Source: an uncultured Candidatus Saccharibacteria bacterium
Lineage (GTDB): Bacteria; Patescibacteriota; UBA1384; JAGGWG01; CAZAJM01
Direction of reading: 5' to 3'
Assembly (NCBI GenBank): GCA_964485625.1
Contig: CAZAJM010000005.1
Span: forward strand, 1-59,079
DNA: 59,079 nucleotides
Numbering within the stretch: the stretch's first letter is position 1; the number at the start of each line of letters is the position of its first letter. Under the pieces are notes generated by a model. That model was not told the origin of the DNA. It saw only the letters and a program-made list of their open reading frames with translations, and did no database searches. Below, in pieces: positions 37,863 through 50,634 of the stretch. The position numbers and the translations under genes are program-made.

Positions 37863-37927
37863 CCCCGCTAATTACGCTTCTGAAATAACTGAATGTAATC
37901 CGTTTTTCAGAAAGTAATTTTGTGGGG
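37863..37927. repeat. 65-nt imperfect palindrome (REP-like)
   Basis: CCCCGC/GTGGGG, AATTAC/GTAATT and TTCTGAAA/TTTCAGAA nested stems. Confidence 0.7.
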
Positions 37928-37960
37928 TGTATTTCCAAACCAATAGTTGTCTTAAAATCA

Positions 37961-38395
37961 CTACTGTTCATTTTTATTAGATAATTTAATAATCAGAAAA
38001 CCTATTGCCCAATCTAGAATATAGCCGATCAAGGCAGCAATTGGTACTAAAATAACCGAACAAAGTAAAGCAAAAGGAATGCCAGTAAGAATTAAAAACG
38101 AAGTTTCTCCTCCTCCAATTGGCGGTGTAAAGCCAAAGTCGGCTGAGAGCAGTAACATTAAAGTCATCAACCACTTTCTAGTAAAACTTTTTTTCTGCCA
38201 ACTTTCGATTATCCAGTAAAAAATTGAAGGAAAAATAAGAAAGGGAATAAACAAAATTAATAAATAAAAGTAATCCTCAGACCCACCAGGCCTTAGCTGA
38301 CTACCAGATAAAATATATATTAGAAAAAGATTAATCAATCCAGCAACTGTAGAAATTATAGTCCATACTAATAATTTTTTTCTGACATCTTTCAT
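37961..38395 (-). CDS. 4-TM hypothetical membrane protein
   Basis: AT-rich, four hydrophobic segments; start overlaps the upstream stop. Confidence 0.65.
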   Translation of the reverse strand: MKDVRKKLLVWTIISTVAGLINLFLIYILSGSQLRPGGSEDYFYLLILFIPFLIFPSIFYWIIESWQKKSFTRKWLMTLMLLLSADFGFTPPIGGGETSFLILTGIPFALLCSVILVPIAALIGYILDWAIGFLIIKLSNKNEQ

Positions 38396-38781
38396 AATAT
38401 CCTTAATTCTTTTAAGCCCCGGCGATATTTAGCTATATTTGCTTTGGCTTGATATGAGTGAAGTTCATCGTTCTCATCATGAACCAATTGATTACGAAGT
38501 TTGTGAGCTGACCAAATGCCATTTCTTGTAGAACTAGAGAGCCTGTCTTGAGCCTTAGCCATAGACTTGGCCCAAGTCTCCTCATTATAGCCAAGCTCCT
38601 TTAAAACTCTGCCAAACAGTTTATCGGCCTCGATTAAACTTAATTTGAAATTACTCTCTCCACCTTGTTTAACCTTTTCCTCTATCTTTTGCCAATTACT
38701 TCTTATCTGCTCTTTTCTTCTTTGATTAAGAGTATCTTTCTTGGGGAAGAGCCAGTTTTTTAATATGTTTCTCAATCCCAT
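38392..38781 (-). CDS. hypothetical protein with HEPN-like RNxxxH motif
   Basis: start moved to ATG 38781 (SD GGAGGT); LIEADKL...AHKLRNQLVH. Confidence 0.65.
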   Translation of the reverse strand: MGLRNILKNWLFPKKDTLNQRRKEQIRSNWQKIEEKVKQGGESNFKLSLIEADKLFGRVLKELGYNEETWAKSMAKAQDRLSSSTRNGIWSAHKLRNQLVHDENDELHSYQAKANIAKYRRGLKELRIL

Positions 38782-38782
38782 T

Positions 38783-40264
38783 TTAAACCTCCGGCTTTCT
38801 ATCAATAGCCAGCTTATCTTCCAAAAGATCAGCTGCTGCTAAAATACTTTCTTCATCTTTCATTTTGCCAATTAGTTGAGCTCCAATCGGCAGACCAGAC
38901 TTACTAAAACCAGCCGGCAAAGATATAGCCGGCACACCAGCCACATTAATCGGTGTAGTATCGACATCAACCAAATACATAGCCAAGGGATCATCCAGGT
39001 TTTCTCCTAGTTTAAATGGTAGAACCGGAGCAACAGGGGTTAACAGTAGGTCATATTTTTCTAGCTTGTCCTCAAATTCTTTCTTAATCAGCGTCCTAAT
39101 TTGAGCTGCTTTCTTGTAATAGGCATCATAGTATCCGGCCGATAGAGTGTAGGTGCCCAACATAATTGAACGTTTGGCCTCATCGTCAAAACCGCTCTGG
39201 CGACTTCCTGTATAGACTTCTTCTAGGGTAAGTTTCTTGCTGTTAGTCTCTTTTAATTTGGAGTAGCCGTATTTAATACCATCATAGCGAGCCAAATTAG
39301 AGGAGGCTTCTGCTTTTACTAAAATATAGTAGACGGCAATAGCTTGCTTAACTGAAGGTAGGCTCATCTCTTCTACCTTGCCGCCTAAATCTTTAATTAC
39401 TTTAATCAAATTATTAATGGCCTGCTCTACTTCAACATCGGTACCTTTACCCATAAACTCAACTGGCAGACCGATAGTCTTGCCTGTCAAATCTTTCAAG
39501 CTGCTAATAGCCTGACTATATTTTCTAACACTATCCTGAATAGTTGTTGAATCATAGTAGTCCTGACCGGCTAGTTCTTCTAAGATAATAGCACTATCCT
39601 GAACTGATTTGGTAATTGGACCGATCGTATCAAAACTAGAAGCATAACTAATCACGCCAAATCGGCTAATTAGTCCGTAGCTAACTTTCATACCGACAGC
39701 CGAGCAGAAACTACTAGGTTGGCGAATGGAGCCTCCAGTATCAGTGCCCAAAGCAAAGGTACAAAGGTCGGCTGCTAGAGCTGCTCCACTACCACCGGAG
39801 GAGCCACCAGGTACTCGCTGCTTATCCCAAGGATTTTTAGTTGGACCAAAATGAGAGGTTTCTGTTGAGGAACCCATAGTAAACTCATCGGTATTAGTCT
39901 TGCCTAAAAGAACAGCCCCTTTGGCCTCTAAATTTTTATAGACTGTTGAACTATATGGTGGGATAAAATCATTTAAAATTTTTGAACCGGCAGTAGTCTT
40001 AATATCTTTAGTCAAAAAAACATCTTTTAAGCCATAAGGTATACCGTCTAATATCGAAAGGGGCTCACCTAAAGTTAGCCGTTTATCAGCAGCCTTGGCC
40101 GAATCAAGAGCTTTTTCTTTAGTGACAGTTATATAACAATTAAGCTCTTTGTCTATTTTTTCAATTCTATCTAAATAATATTTAGTTAAATCTAAAGAAC
40201 TAAATTTACCTGAATCCAGGCCTTGTCTGGCCTGCTTGATTGTCAAATTTGAAAATTTACTCAT
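38783..40264 (-). CDS. gatA: Asp/Glu-tRNA amidotransferase subunit A
   Basis: amidase signature PGGSSGGS, GTDTGGSIRQP. Confidence 0.97.
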   Translation of the reverse strand: MSKFSNLTIKQARQGLDSGKFSSLDLTKYYLDRIEKIDKELNCYITVTKEKALDSAKAADKRLTLGEPLSILDGIPYGLKDVFLTKDIKTTAGSKILNDFIPPYSSTVYKNLEAKGAVLLGKTNTDEFTMGSSTETSHFGPTKNPWDKQRVPGGSSGGSGAALAADLCTFALGTDTGGSIRQPSSFCSAVGMKVSYGLISRFGVISYASSFDTIGPITKSVQDSAIILEELAGQDYYDSTTIQDSVRKYSQAISSLKDLTGKTIGLPVEFMGKGTDVEVEQAINNLIKVIKDLGGKVEEMSLPSVKQAIAVYYILVKAEASSNLARYDGIKYGYSKLKETNSKKLTLEEVYTGSRQSGFDDEAKRSIMLGTYTLSAGYYDAYYKKAAQIRTLIKKEFEDKLEKYDLLLTPVAPVLPFKLGENLDDPLAMYLVDVDTTPINVAGVPAISLPAGFSKSGLPIGAQLIGKMKDEESILAAADLLEDKLAIDRKPEV

Positions 40265-40554
40265 AAAATTTTAGGTACTACTATATAGCCGTCCTCACTA
40301 ATAGGGGCGTTTTCCAATAGCTTGTCCCGACCTACTTTAATTCTACCTTTTAAACTATCTTCAACCATTACATCTTCCAAGCCAGTTACCTGGGCGCTAA
40401 CTACCACGCCTTTGGTTTCTACTTGGTCAACAGAAGAAAAATTAGCTAGAACACCTGCCAACTGCTTGCCAAATTTTTTAACCTCATCATCAGCTAGATT
40501 TAATTTAGCTAAAGCAGCGGTTTTGACAACATCTTTTCTGGAAATTTTGCTCAT
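40261..40554 (-). CDS. gatC: Asp/Glu-tRNA amidotransferase subunit C
   Basis: AALAKL...VPKIL; overlaps gatA start. Confidence 0.88.
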   Translation of the reverse strand: MSKISRKDVVKTAALAKLNLADDEVKKFGKQLAGVLANFSSVDQVETKGVVVSAQVTGLEDVMVEDSLKGRIKVGRDKLLENAPISEDGYIVVPKIL

Positions 40555-40634
40555 AATAAAAACCAAGAAAATTATATTTACAACAACATCTTATCAGTAT
40601 TAACTAAAAATTTCAATCTTAGATTAATCAATAA

Positions 40635-43223
40635 CTAACTTTTAGCTTGTCTACCAGCCATAAACTTTGGTTTAAATGATTTAACAATCTCAACAATAAA
40701 ATAGGAGACTGTAGTGATGCTTAGTATCATCAACCATTCCCAAGCAACCAGTGGGGTGGTTCTTAATAGGTTGCCCAATGGCGAATAAATAGCTAGTAGC
40801 TGTAAAGAGGTAGAAAATAGTACCGCTAAAACCAATAGTCTGTTTTTAAATGGACTCTCTTGCCAAAAAGGTTTGTCCGACCTAATAGAGAAAACAATAA
40901 ATAATTGAAAGAAAGCTGTTAGAGTGAAAACGTAGGTTCTTAAGCGATCAACTTCAATATCTCTAAAGACGATTAAAATAATTAAAGAAAAGAAGAGAGA
41001 GATAAAACCAATAAATATGGCGTGCTTAATTATGGGCTTAATAATACTGCTGTTGGGGTCTCTTGGCTTGCCCAACTCCTTATCATCTGGAGATTCAAAA
41101 GCTATGGCTAGAGCCGGGAAGGAATCAGTAATTAAATTAACCCACAAAATCTGGGCAGCAGTCAAAGGTTGGGGTAAGTTAGCTAAAAAAGCAATTATTA
41201 TTAGAAATATCTCATCAAAATTAACTGAGAGAAAGAAAGTTAGAAATTTTCTGATATTATCATAGATTGTCCGACCGTATTTAATCGCTGAAATAATACT
41301 ACTAAAACGATCATCCTTAAGAACAACATCGGCCGATTGGCGAGCAACATCGGTGCCCTGTTTACCCATAGCAATGCCCACATGAGAAGCCTTGAGGGCC
41401 GGGGCATCGTTGACCCCATCTCCCGTCACTGCTACTGACCAACCTTTTTTTATCATGGCCTTAACCAATCTCTGTTTCTGCACAGGAGTAGTCCTAGCCC
41501 ATAATTTAATCTGCTCTATTTTTCCAGCCAACTCTTTGTCACTCAGCTTGTCCAGCTTGTCCCCAACCTCAATTTGGCTATCATCAAGTTTAATGCCCAT
41601 ATTTTTAGCCACCCATTTAGCAGTCAGTTGATGATCACCGGTCACGATCACTGTTCTAATCCCTAAAGCTTTGGCTTCACGCAAGGATTTAGTAGCATCA
41701 GGCAATGGTGGGTCAACCAAACCAGTTAAACCGGTAAAAACTAAATCCTGCTCATGCTGATCGTCTCTGCCAGTCTTCTTAAGAGCAAAGGCTAATACTC
41801 GGAAACCTCTCATTGCCATCTTTTTTGAGTTTTCGAGCCACTCTTCTTTCTGCTTTTTACTAAAAGGCTTAATCTGACCATCCACCATTATCCGTCTGGA
41901 CCGATCGATAATAATTTCCGGAGCCCCTTTAGAATAAGCAATATATTCTCGATCTTGGTCAACAACTACCGTCATCATCTTTCTTTCCGAAGTGAAAGAG
42001 TACTCTTTAACAATCTCAATATCTTGCCTGGCTTGACCTAAGCCAGTTTTCTTGGCCAAGACCAACAAGGCTCCTTCCGTTGGGTCACCAATAATTTGCC
42101 AATCTTGAGTTTTGCTAGATTTGGCCAAATCAGCCGAATTACAGATAGCGCCAATTTCAATCAATTTGCTTAAATTGTTAACCTCCTTTGAATCAACAAA
42201 GTCGCCGTTAGAATCTATTAAGCGACCGATCGGCTCATAACCTGTTCCCTCAACCTGGTAATGATCATCTTCTGTCCAAATCTCTTTGACCGTTAACTCG
42301 TTTCTAGTAAGAGTGCCTGTTTTATCGGAGGCAATAAAATTGATTGTGCCCAATGTTTCGATAGCTGGCAAGTGCCTGACCACTGCTTTCTGCTGACTCA
42401 TTTTAATCACCCCTAGAGCCAAAGCTAAAGTTGTGACAATAGGCAGGCTCTCTGGTACGGCCGAAATCATTAAAGCTACAGCGTAAATTAAAATCTCTGT
42501 TAAAGGAAACCCCCTAATCACACCTAAAATAAAGACCACCAAACAGAGAGAGCCGGCTACGATAGCAATAATCTTGCCTAAATAGTTAAGCCTCTTTTGA
42601 AGTGGAGTGGCCTTATCTTTAATATCAATATGAGCTGCAATCTCGCCAATTTTAGCCCGAACTCCGGTTTGAACAACCTCGGCCAGACCATGACCTTTGA
42701 CAATGATTGTGCCTGAATAGAGTTGATTATCTTTCTCTATCGACTTTCTAACCGGTACCGATTCCCCAGTTAAAATTGCTTCATCAACTCTTATTTGGGT
42801 CGACTCAAGTAATTTGGCATCGGCCGGAATGCTATCGCCTGAATCTAAAATAATAATGTCACCGGGCACTAGATCGGAGGCAGGGATAATATCCTTCTCG
42901 CCATCTCTTATTACTTTCACCCTTAAAGGCAGCATCTTTTTTAATGAATCCAAAGCTTTCTCCGCTCGATACTCTTGAATAGCCCCCATAGAAGTATTGA
43001 CAATCACAATGATGATTAAGATATAGAAATCGACCATATCTTTAACCAACAAGGAAATAATACTGGCAGCTATCAATAGCAGTATCAAAAAATTACTCAA
43101 TTGACTGAGTATGATTTTGAATAAACTGCGCCCCCCCTTATCCTCAATTACATTTTTACCAAATTGAGCAGTTCTTTTCTTGACTTGGGCTTGAGTCAAG
43201 CCCTTGAAACCCTCCTTCTTCAT
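40635..43223 (-). CDS. P-type cation-transporting ATPase (P2A-like)
   Basis: TGES, PESLP, DKTGTLT, KGAPE, GDGVNDAP. Confidence 0.93.
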   Translation of the reverse strand: MKKEGFKGLTQAQVKKRTAQFGKNVIEDKGGRSLFKIILSQLSNFLILLLIAASIISLLVKDMVDFYILIIIVIVNTSMGAIQEYRAEKALDSLKKMLPLRVKVIRDGEKDIIPASDLVPGDIIILDSGDSIPADAKLLESTQIRVDEAILTGESVPVRKSIEKDNQLYSGTIIVKGHGLAEVVQTGVRAKIGEIAAHIDIKDKATPLQKRLNYLGKIIAIVAGSLCLVVFILGVIRGFPLTEILIYAVALMISAVPESLPIVTTLALALGVIKMSQQKAVVRHLPAIETLGTINFIASDKTGTLTRNELTVKEIWTEDDHYQVEGTGYEPIGRLIDSNGDFVDSKEVNNLSKLIEIGAICNSADLAKSSKTQDWQIIGDPTEGALLVLAKKTGLGQARQDIEIVKEYSFTSERKMMTVVVDQDREYIAYSKGAPEIIIDRSRRIMVDGQIKPFSKKQKEEWLENSKKMAMRGFRVLAFALKKTGRDDQHEQDLVFTGLTGLVDPPLPDATKSLREAKALGIRTVIVTGDHQLTAKWVAKNMGIKLDDSQIEVGDKLDKLSDKELAGKIEQIKLWARTTPVQKQRLVKAMIKKGWSVAVTGDGVNDAPALKASHVGIAMGKQGTDVARQSADVVLKDDRFSSIISAIKYGRTIYDNIRKFLTFFLSVNFDEIFLIIIAFLANLPQPLTAAQILWVNLITDSFPALAIAFESPDDKELGKPRDPNSSIIKPIIKHAIFIGFISLFFSLIILIVFRDIEVDRLRTYVFTLTAFFQLFIVFSIRSDKPFWQESPFKNRLLVLAVLFSTSLQLLAIYSPLGNLLRTTPLVAWEWLMILSITTVSYFIVEIVKSFKPKFMAGRQAKS

Positions 43224-43237
43224 ATATCTCTATTATA

Positions 43238-46155
<2,918 letters not shown>

Positions 46156-46225
46156 ATCAAAATTAAAAATTTAACCTATTACTGGTCAAATTATACATAA
46201 TAAAGGGGGTCAATTCAAGTTAATT

Positions 46226-47935
46226 TTAGCTAGCGCCGGCTCCACCACCGCCTCCACCTCCACCGGCACCTCCACCAGAGAAACCCGAACCTCCGCCATA
46301 ACCACTACCTCCAGATGGGCTGGAGAGCATAGTCGAACCGGCCGAAGTGTTTAGACCTGAAATGCTACTGGCCATAACAGCCGCGTTATAGCTGCCAATA
46401 TCCCCTTCTAACCAATCGGGTTGATTAAGTTTAAAATCTTTAAATCGATTGGCCCAAGCATCGGCCACGCCCAAGGCAATGGCGTAGGGCAGATACTCTT
46501 CAAAAACGCCCTCACCTACCTGAGACGACTTCCCTTTATCTTCAATCTCACTCATCTTGAATCTCTCCGTTTTACCTAAAAACATCTTAAATCCTTGCCA
46601 TTTCTGCCAACTTGAGACACCTTCAGCGGTTTTCTTGGTATTGGCTGCACCATAGATTAGCCAAATAATTAGTGATAGGCCCAAACTACCCACCAGATAA
46701 CCAACACCTCTTATTAAAATAGTCTCTAAAAATGTCGCTAAAAAGATTATACCTGGCAGCAGAAATGCAGTTAAGGCAATATATATTCCTCTTAAATTGC
46801 TTGGCTTATGATGAAACCACTTCAGACTAATCATCTTATCAGTAGCACTATCAACAATTTTCTTATAGTCCTTATAAAAACTATTCTTTAGGTCATCTCC
46901 CTTGACCTCATCTTTTCCGTCAAACATATCATCAGCTAATCTCCTTTCCAATTTGGTTAAGCCCTCAAAACTGCTCTTGGTTTTCTTAAAAATATATTCC
47001 TTACCCCGGCTGAAAATACCCTGCTTCTCTTTCTGAATAATCTTAATATATCCCTTGCGGGCAATATTAATTAGGCTCGAAGTCAGACCTGTCGAACCGA
47101 TCATCTCATTAGTTAAGCCTTCCACTAAGATAGGTTCTCTTTCTTTTGGAGGAGCAAACTCAGGCGCTATACTCCGGTTAAAGCCCAGCGCTTTCTTTTT
47201 ACGATAGTGATAAACGATTAAACCAACAATTGAAAGTATGGGTAGTATAAGAGCAATTATTTGAAAAAGTTTGGTCCTATTTAAACGATAATCAACTATC
47301 TCTTTAGGCCAGCCCAAGACGATGGTAAAATCCTCTCCAGGACCAAGCTCCGAGGAACTAAATCTAACACTACTATCACCAGCAACTTCAAAATTAGTAT
47401 TATCGGCCTGAGAATATATCTGATGACGCCAAGCCTGGCTATCTACTTCTGAGGGCAGATTAACTACAAGTGAAGCAGAGTTTATGGGCACATCGATCTG
47501 GCTGGGGGTAACATTCCAATAGAGTTCATCCCAACTCTCCTGATAGGTAACAACGCCATGGACAGTATAGTTAAGCTGATATTTCTTGACCTCTGAATTA
47601 ATCTGGTCATTAATAGTAATTTTCATCTCAGATAGATCACGGCTAACCTCATAATCGACCGGAACATTTCCAGAATCAATTATCTCTCTAACCGAAATAT
47701 CTTTGATGCTATCCAGACCTCGGTACTCAATGGAGCGCCAAAATTTAGAGAAACTACCATCAAAATCAATTTCAATAACTTCTCTAAAATCAATAGTACT
47801 ATCCTGGTTGATTGTCGCCTCCGCCTGCCAGCTTTCAAATTGATAACTCTTGGCGCTAGCAATATTAGGATTTAGAAGAAAAAGGCCTAGCAAAAACAAT
47901 GTTAGGCTAAAAAATATATATGATATTTTTCTCAT
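46226..47935 (-). CDS. DUF2207 domain membrane protein
   Basis: ELYWNV, WQGFKMFL, YLPYAIALG, Gly-rich C-terminus; lies between lemA and htpX. Confidence 0.85.
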   Translation of the reverse strand: MRKISYIFFSLTLFLLGLFLLNPNIASAKSYQFESWQAEATINQDSTIDFREVIEIDFDGSFSKFWRSIEYRGLDSIKDISVREIIDSGNVPVDYEVSRDLSEMKITINDQINSEVKKYQLNYTVHGVVTYQESWDELYWNVTPSQIDVPINSASLVVNLPSEVDSQAWRHQIYSQADNTNFEVAGDSSVRFSSSELGPGEDFTIVLGWPKEIVDYRLNRTKLFQIIALILPILSIVGLIVYHYRKKKALGFNRSIAPEFAPPKEREPILVEGLTNEMIGSTGLTSSLINIARKGYIKIIQKEKQGIFSRGKEYIFKKTKSSFEGLTKLERRLADDMFDGKDEVKGDDLKNSFYKDYKKIVDSATDKMISLKWFHHKPSNLRGIYIALTAFLLPGIIFLATFLETILIRGVGYLVGSLGLSLIIWLIYGAANTKKTAEGVSSWQKWQGFKMFLGKTERFKMSEIEDKGKSSQVGEGVFEEYLPYAIALGVADAWANRFKDFKLNQPDWLEGDIGSYNAAVMASSISGLNTSAGSTMLSSPSGGSGYGGGSGFSGGGAGGGGGGGGAGAS

Positions 47936-47951
47936 CCAAAAAACTTAAAGA

Positions 47952-48512
47952 TTAAAAATCCACTTCAGGATTCTTTTTAACTGCCTCGGCTTGAGACTCA
48001 TCAATCTGAAAAAGCTCCTTCTTCTTAAAACCAAACATATTAGCAACGATGTTTGAAGGAAAGCTCTCAATCTTAATGCTTAAGTCTCTAACATTGGCAT
48101 TGTAGAACCTTCTGGCCGCCTCAATCTTATCTTCCGTGTCGGTCAGTTCATCTTGAAGTTTCTGAAAGTTATCACTGGATTTAAGATCAGGATAGCTCTC
48201 CGAAACGGCAAAAAGGCTTTTAAGAGCATCTGATAATTGGTTCTCAGCTTTCTGCTGCCGTTTTACTCCACTGGCATTAATTGCCTCACTTCGAGCCTTG
48301 GTAACCTTCTCAAAAACCTCTTGCTCTTGCTTGGCATAACCTTTTACCGTCTTAACTAAATTAGGGATCAGGTTATACCTACGTTTAAGTTGAACATCGA
48401 TATCGCTCCAAGCCTCTTCAGCTCGGTTATCAAGTGAAACCAGTGAGTTATAGTAGCCGACAAAGACCAGGCCAACCACTACCACCAAACCGATAATAAT
48501 CCAAGTAATCAT
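47952..48512 (-). CDS. lemA: LemA family protein
   Basis: YNSLV, WSDIDVQLKRR, ESYPDLKS, RRFYN. Confidence 0.95.
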   Translation of the reverse strand: MITWIIIGLVVVVGLVFVGYYNSLVSLDNRAEEAWSDIDVQLKRRYNLIPNLVKTVKGYAKQEQEVFEKVTKARSEAINASGVKRQQKAENQLSDALKSLFAVSESYPDLKSSDNFQKLQDELTDTEDKIEAARRFYNANVRDLSIKIESFPSNIVANMFGFKKKELFQIDESQAEAVKKNPEVDF

Positions 48513-48543
48513 AATATTAACTTAATTAATTATTAAATATATC

Positions 48544-50091
48544 TTACTCTGTCGAAGTTAATCTGTAAAGATAGATACCATTTATCTGCTCTGCCTCCTT
48601 ATCATTCTCATTTTCAATCACACAGCTTAGGGTGTAGCTCTCCCCATCGCTAGTATAGCCGTAGAAGTGTCGATCGAAGAGCGGATCTTGGGGAATCTGA
48701 GTAATACTATCAGGAATCAACTTATCGGCAACCAAACTACCGGTCCGATCAATCTGATCAAGCTCCTCTGCCTGAGGATAACTCTCATTATCCTGATAGT
48801 AAGATTCTAGAGCACTCTGAATCTGAGCCAGATCTTCCTTTCTCATCTCGTCTCTAGTCTTAGTAGTCTTTTTCATATTCACAACTAGGTCTAACATACT
48901 CAAAGAACTTACCTTATCGCTAGCCTCTATCTCTCCTTCTAAGCTTTCCACACTATTGTACTCTGTGTATCTTTTCTTAAATGTCAGCTCTCCTTTAGAA
49001 AAAGTCCCTTCAAAATCAAGCTCTTGGGGCAAGTTACTCTCAACAGAAGAGTAAATTGTGACTTTTAAACTACTGGCCTGTCCTAAGCTATCATCAACAA
49101 TACTGCTACCATCTAGAACAATCTCATACTTATCAAGTTCTCCCTGACTATCTTTACTAACACTATTTAGCCCCCCTGAAGTTAGAGAAAGAAGCTGAAA
49201 GGAGCTAATAAAATCATCTTCAACTATTTCAACCAGATTATCTTCGAAGAAGAATTTACTACTCTCCAGTGCCAATCGATCTTCTCTCATCTTGGCCGAG
49301 ATTAACTCACTAGCAAAATCGGAGTAAATAGTATTGCTATTAGCCTCATCACTATCAAGGGATATTAATAGGTCGGCCCCTTGACTATTAACACTTCCCC
49401 TAGCACTGCCGCTAATTGTAGAAAGGCTATCTCCACCCTCCTGGCCCGGATAGCTAATAGAGTATTGGGCCTCAAACTTATGAGAGTTAGTTGACTGATA
49501 GGCCTGCCTTATCTCAACTAGATCATCTATTGGGTTGGCATCTTCCTGGGCAAAAGGCAGACAGCCTCCCTCCATACCAAAGCTAGTACAGATTTGATTA
49601 ACACCTAGATTAAGATAGCCCTTAGCATCTACATAGGCTAGACCGAAGAATATTATCATTACAGCTAGAATCGTAGCCCCGGCCAAACCTAAATATCTCC
49701 AAACTGATTCGCCTGACCCTCTTCTATCTGGATAATTAAAATCTTTCTTAGACTCTGACTGATCCTGACTTTCTTGTTGATTAACTTTAACTGGCTCAGG
49801 TCGCCAAGGCTTGGGCTGATCCTGAGGAGAACTTGAAATAGCCGGATGACGGCCCGATCTAGAGGATTTTTCTTTAGGCTTCTTTTGCTCTGGCTCAGCT
49901 TTCCTAGGAAAACTGCTCTCAGCCTTATTGTTCTTACTATTGTCACCCTCTAGAGCCATCTCTTCTAACTCTTCCTGTTCGGCCTGAGTAAGCTCCTCTG
50001 GCTCAACATCCGAGCCTAAACTTTGATCTAATTCTTCTTTCTCTTTATCGGTTAGACTATCTAAACTCTTCTTACTTGGTTCTTGTTCCAT
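48544..50091 (-). CDS. membrane protein with acidic disordered N-terminus and C-terminal GspG/pilin-like domain
   Basis: RDEMRKEDLAQIQSALESYYQDNESYP and PQDPL...YGY pattern. Confidence 0.65.
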   Translation of the reverse strand: MEQEPSKKSLDSLTDKEKEELDQSLGSDVEPEELTQAEQEELEEMALEGDNSKNNKAESSFPRKAEPEQKKPKEKSSRSGRHPAISSSPQDQPKPWRPEPVKVNQQESQDQSESKKDFNYPDRRGSGESVWRYLGLAGATILAVMIIFFGLAYVDAKGYLNLGVNQICTSFGMEGGCLPFAQEDANPIDDLVEIRQAYQSTNSHKFEAQYSISYPGQEGGDSLSTISGSARGSVNSQGADLLISLDSDEANSNTIYSDFASELISAKMREDRLALESSKFFFEDNLVEIVEDDFISSFQLLSLTSGGLNSVSKDSQGELDKYEIVLDGSSIVDDSLGQASSLKVTIYSSVESNLPQELDFEGTFSKGELTFKKRYTEYNSVESLEGEIEASDKVSSLSMLDLVVNMKKTTKTRDEMRKEDLAQIQSALESYYQDNESYPQAEELDQIDRTGSLVADKLIPDSITQIPQDPLFDRHFYGYTSDGESYTLSCVIENENDKEAEQINGIYLYRLTSTE

Positions 50092-50164
50092 AAAAGAGAC
50101 CCTCCATTTATTAAATAACTTCTATCTACCCCTATTATACCATCTCTAAGACAAATAATTAAAC

Positions 50165-50620
50165 CTACTCTTTCTTATCTTCTTTCAAGCCTTCTACCTT
50201 TAGGCCAATTTTTGCCGAAACTTTTGAAGTTAGGTTAATCTCCACCTCATAGTCCCCGGTCTTTTTAATTTCTTCTTCAAAAACAACCATGCCTGGCTCG
50301 ACATCATCTACTCCAACAACTTCAATAACCTCTTCCGGGCTAACCTTGGCATAGAGTTGTCCATCTGCTGTAGCGGTCTTTTCCAGAACAAAATCTTTCT
50401 TGGCCAGTTTTTCAGCTAGCTCTTTGGCCTCTTCCTCTCTCTTCTCCTTTCTCTTCTTAATTTCGGTTGCTTTCTTCTTCGCCCTCTCAATCTTGGCCTC
50501 TGTTGCCTTACTAGCTAATCCCTTAGGAAAAAGGTAGTTAAAAAAGTAGCCGGGAGCCACCTCCTTAATCTCTCCTTTAACACCTAGATTTGGTACGTTC
50601 TTCTCCAAATATACTTTCAT
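50165..50620 (-). CDS. rplI: 50S ribosomal protein L9
   Basis: LGVKGEIKEVAPGYFFNYLFPKGLA, LYAKV, IKKTG. Confidence 0.93.
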   Translation of the reverse strand: MKVYLEKNVPNLGVKGEIKEVAPGYFFNYLFPKGLASKATEAKIERAKKKATEIKKRKEKREEEAKELAEKLAKKDFVLEKTATADGQLYAKVSPEEVIEVVGVDDVEPGMVVFEEEIKKTGDYEVEINLTSKVSAKIGLKVEGLKEDKKE

Positions 50621-50634
50621 AAAATCTATTTAAA

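Noticed and set aside
40635-40680. C-terminal AGRQA of the P-type ATPase as a decayed palindromic element
   Set aside because: No inverted repeat remains at the DNA level; the similarity to the prmC element is too weak.
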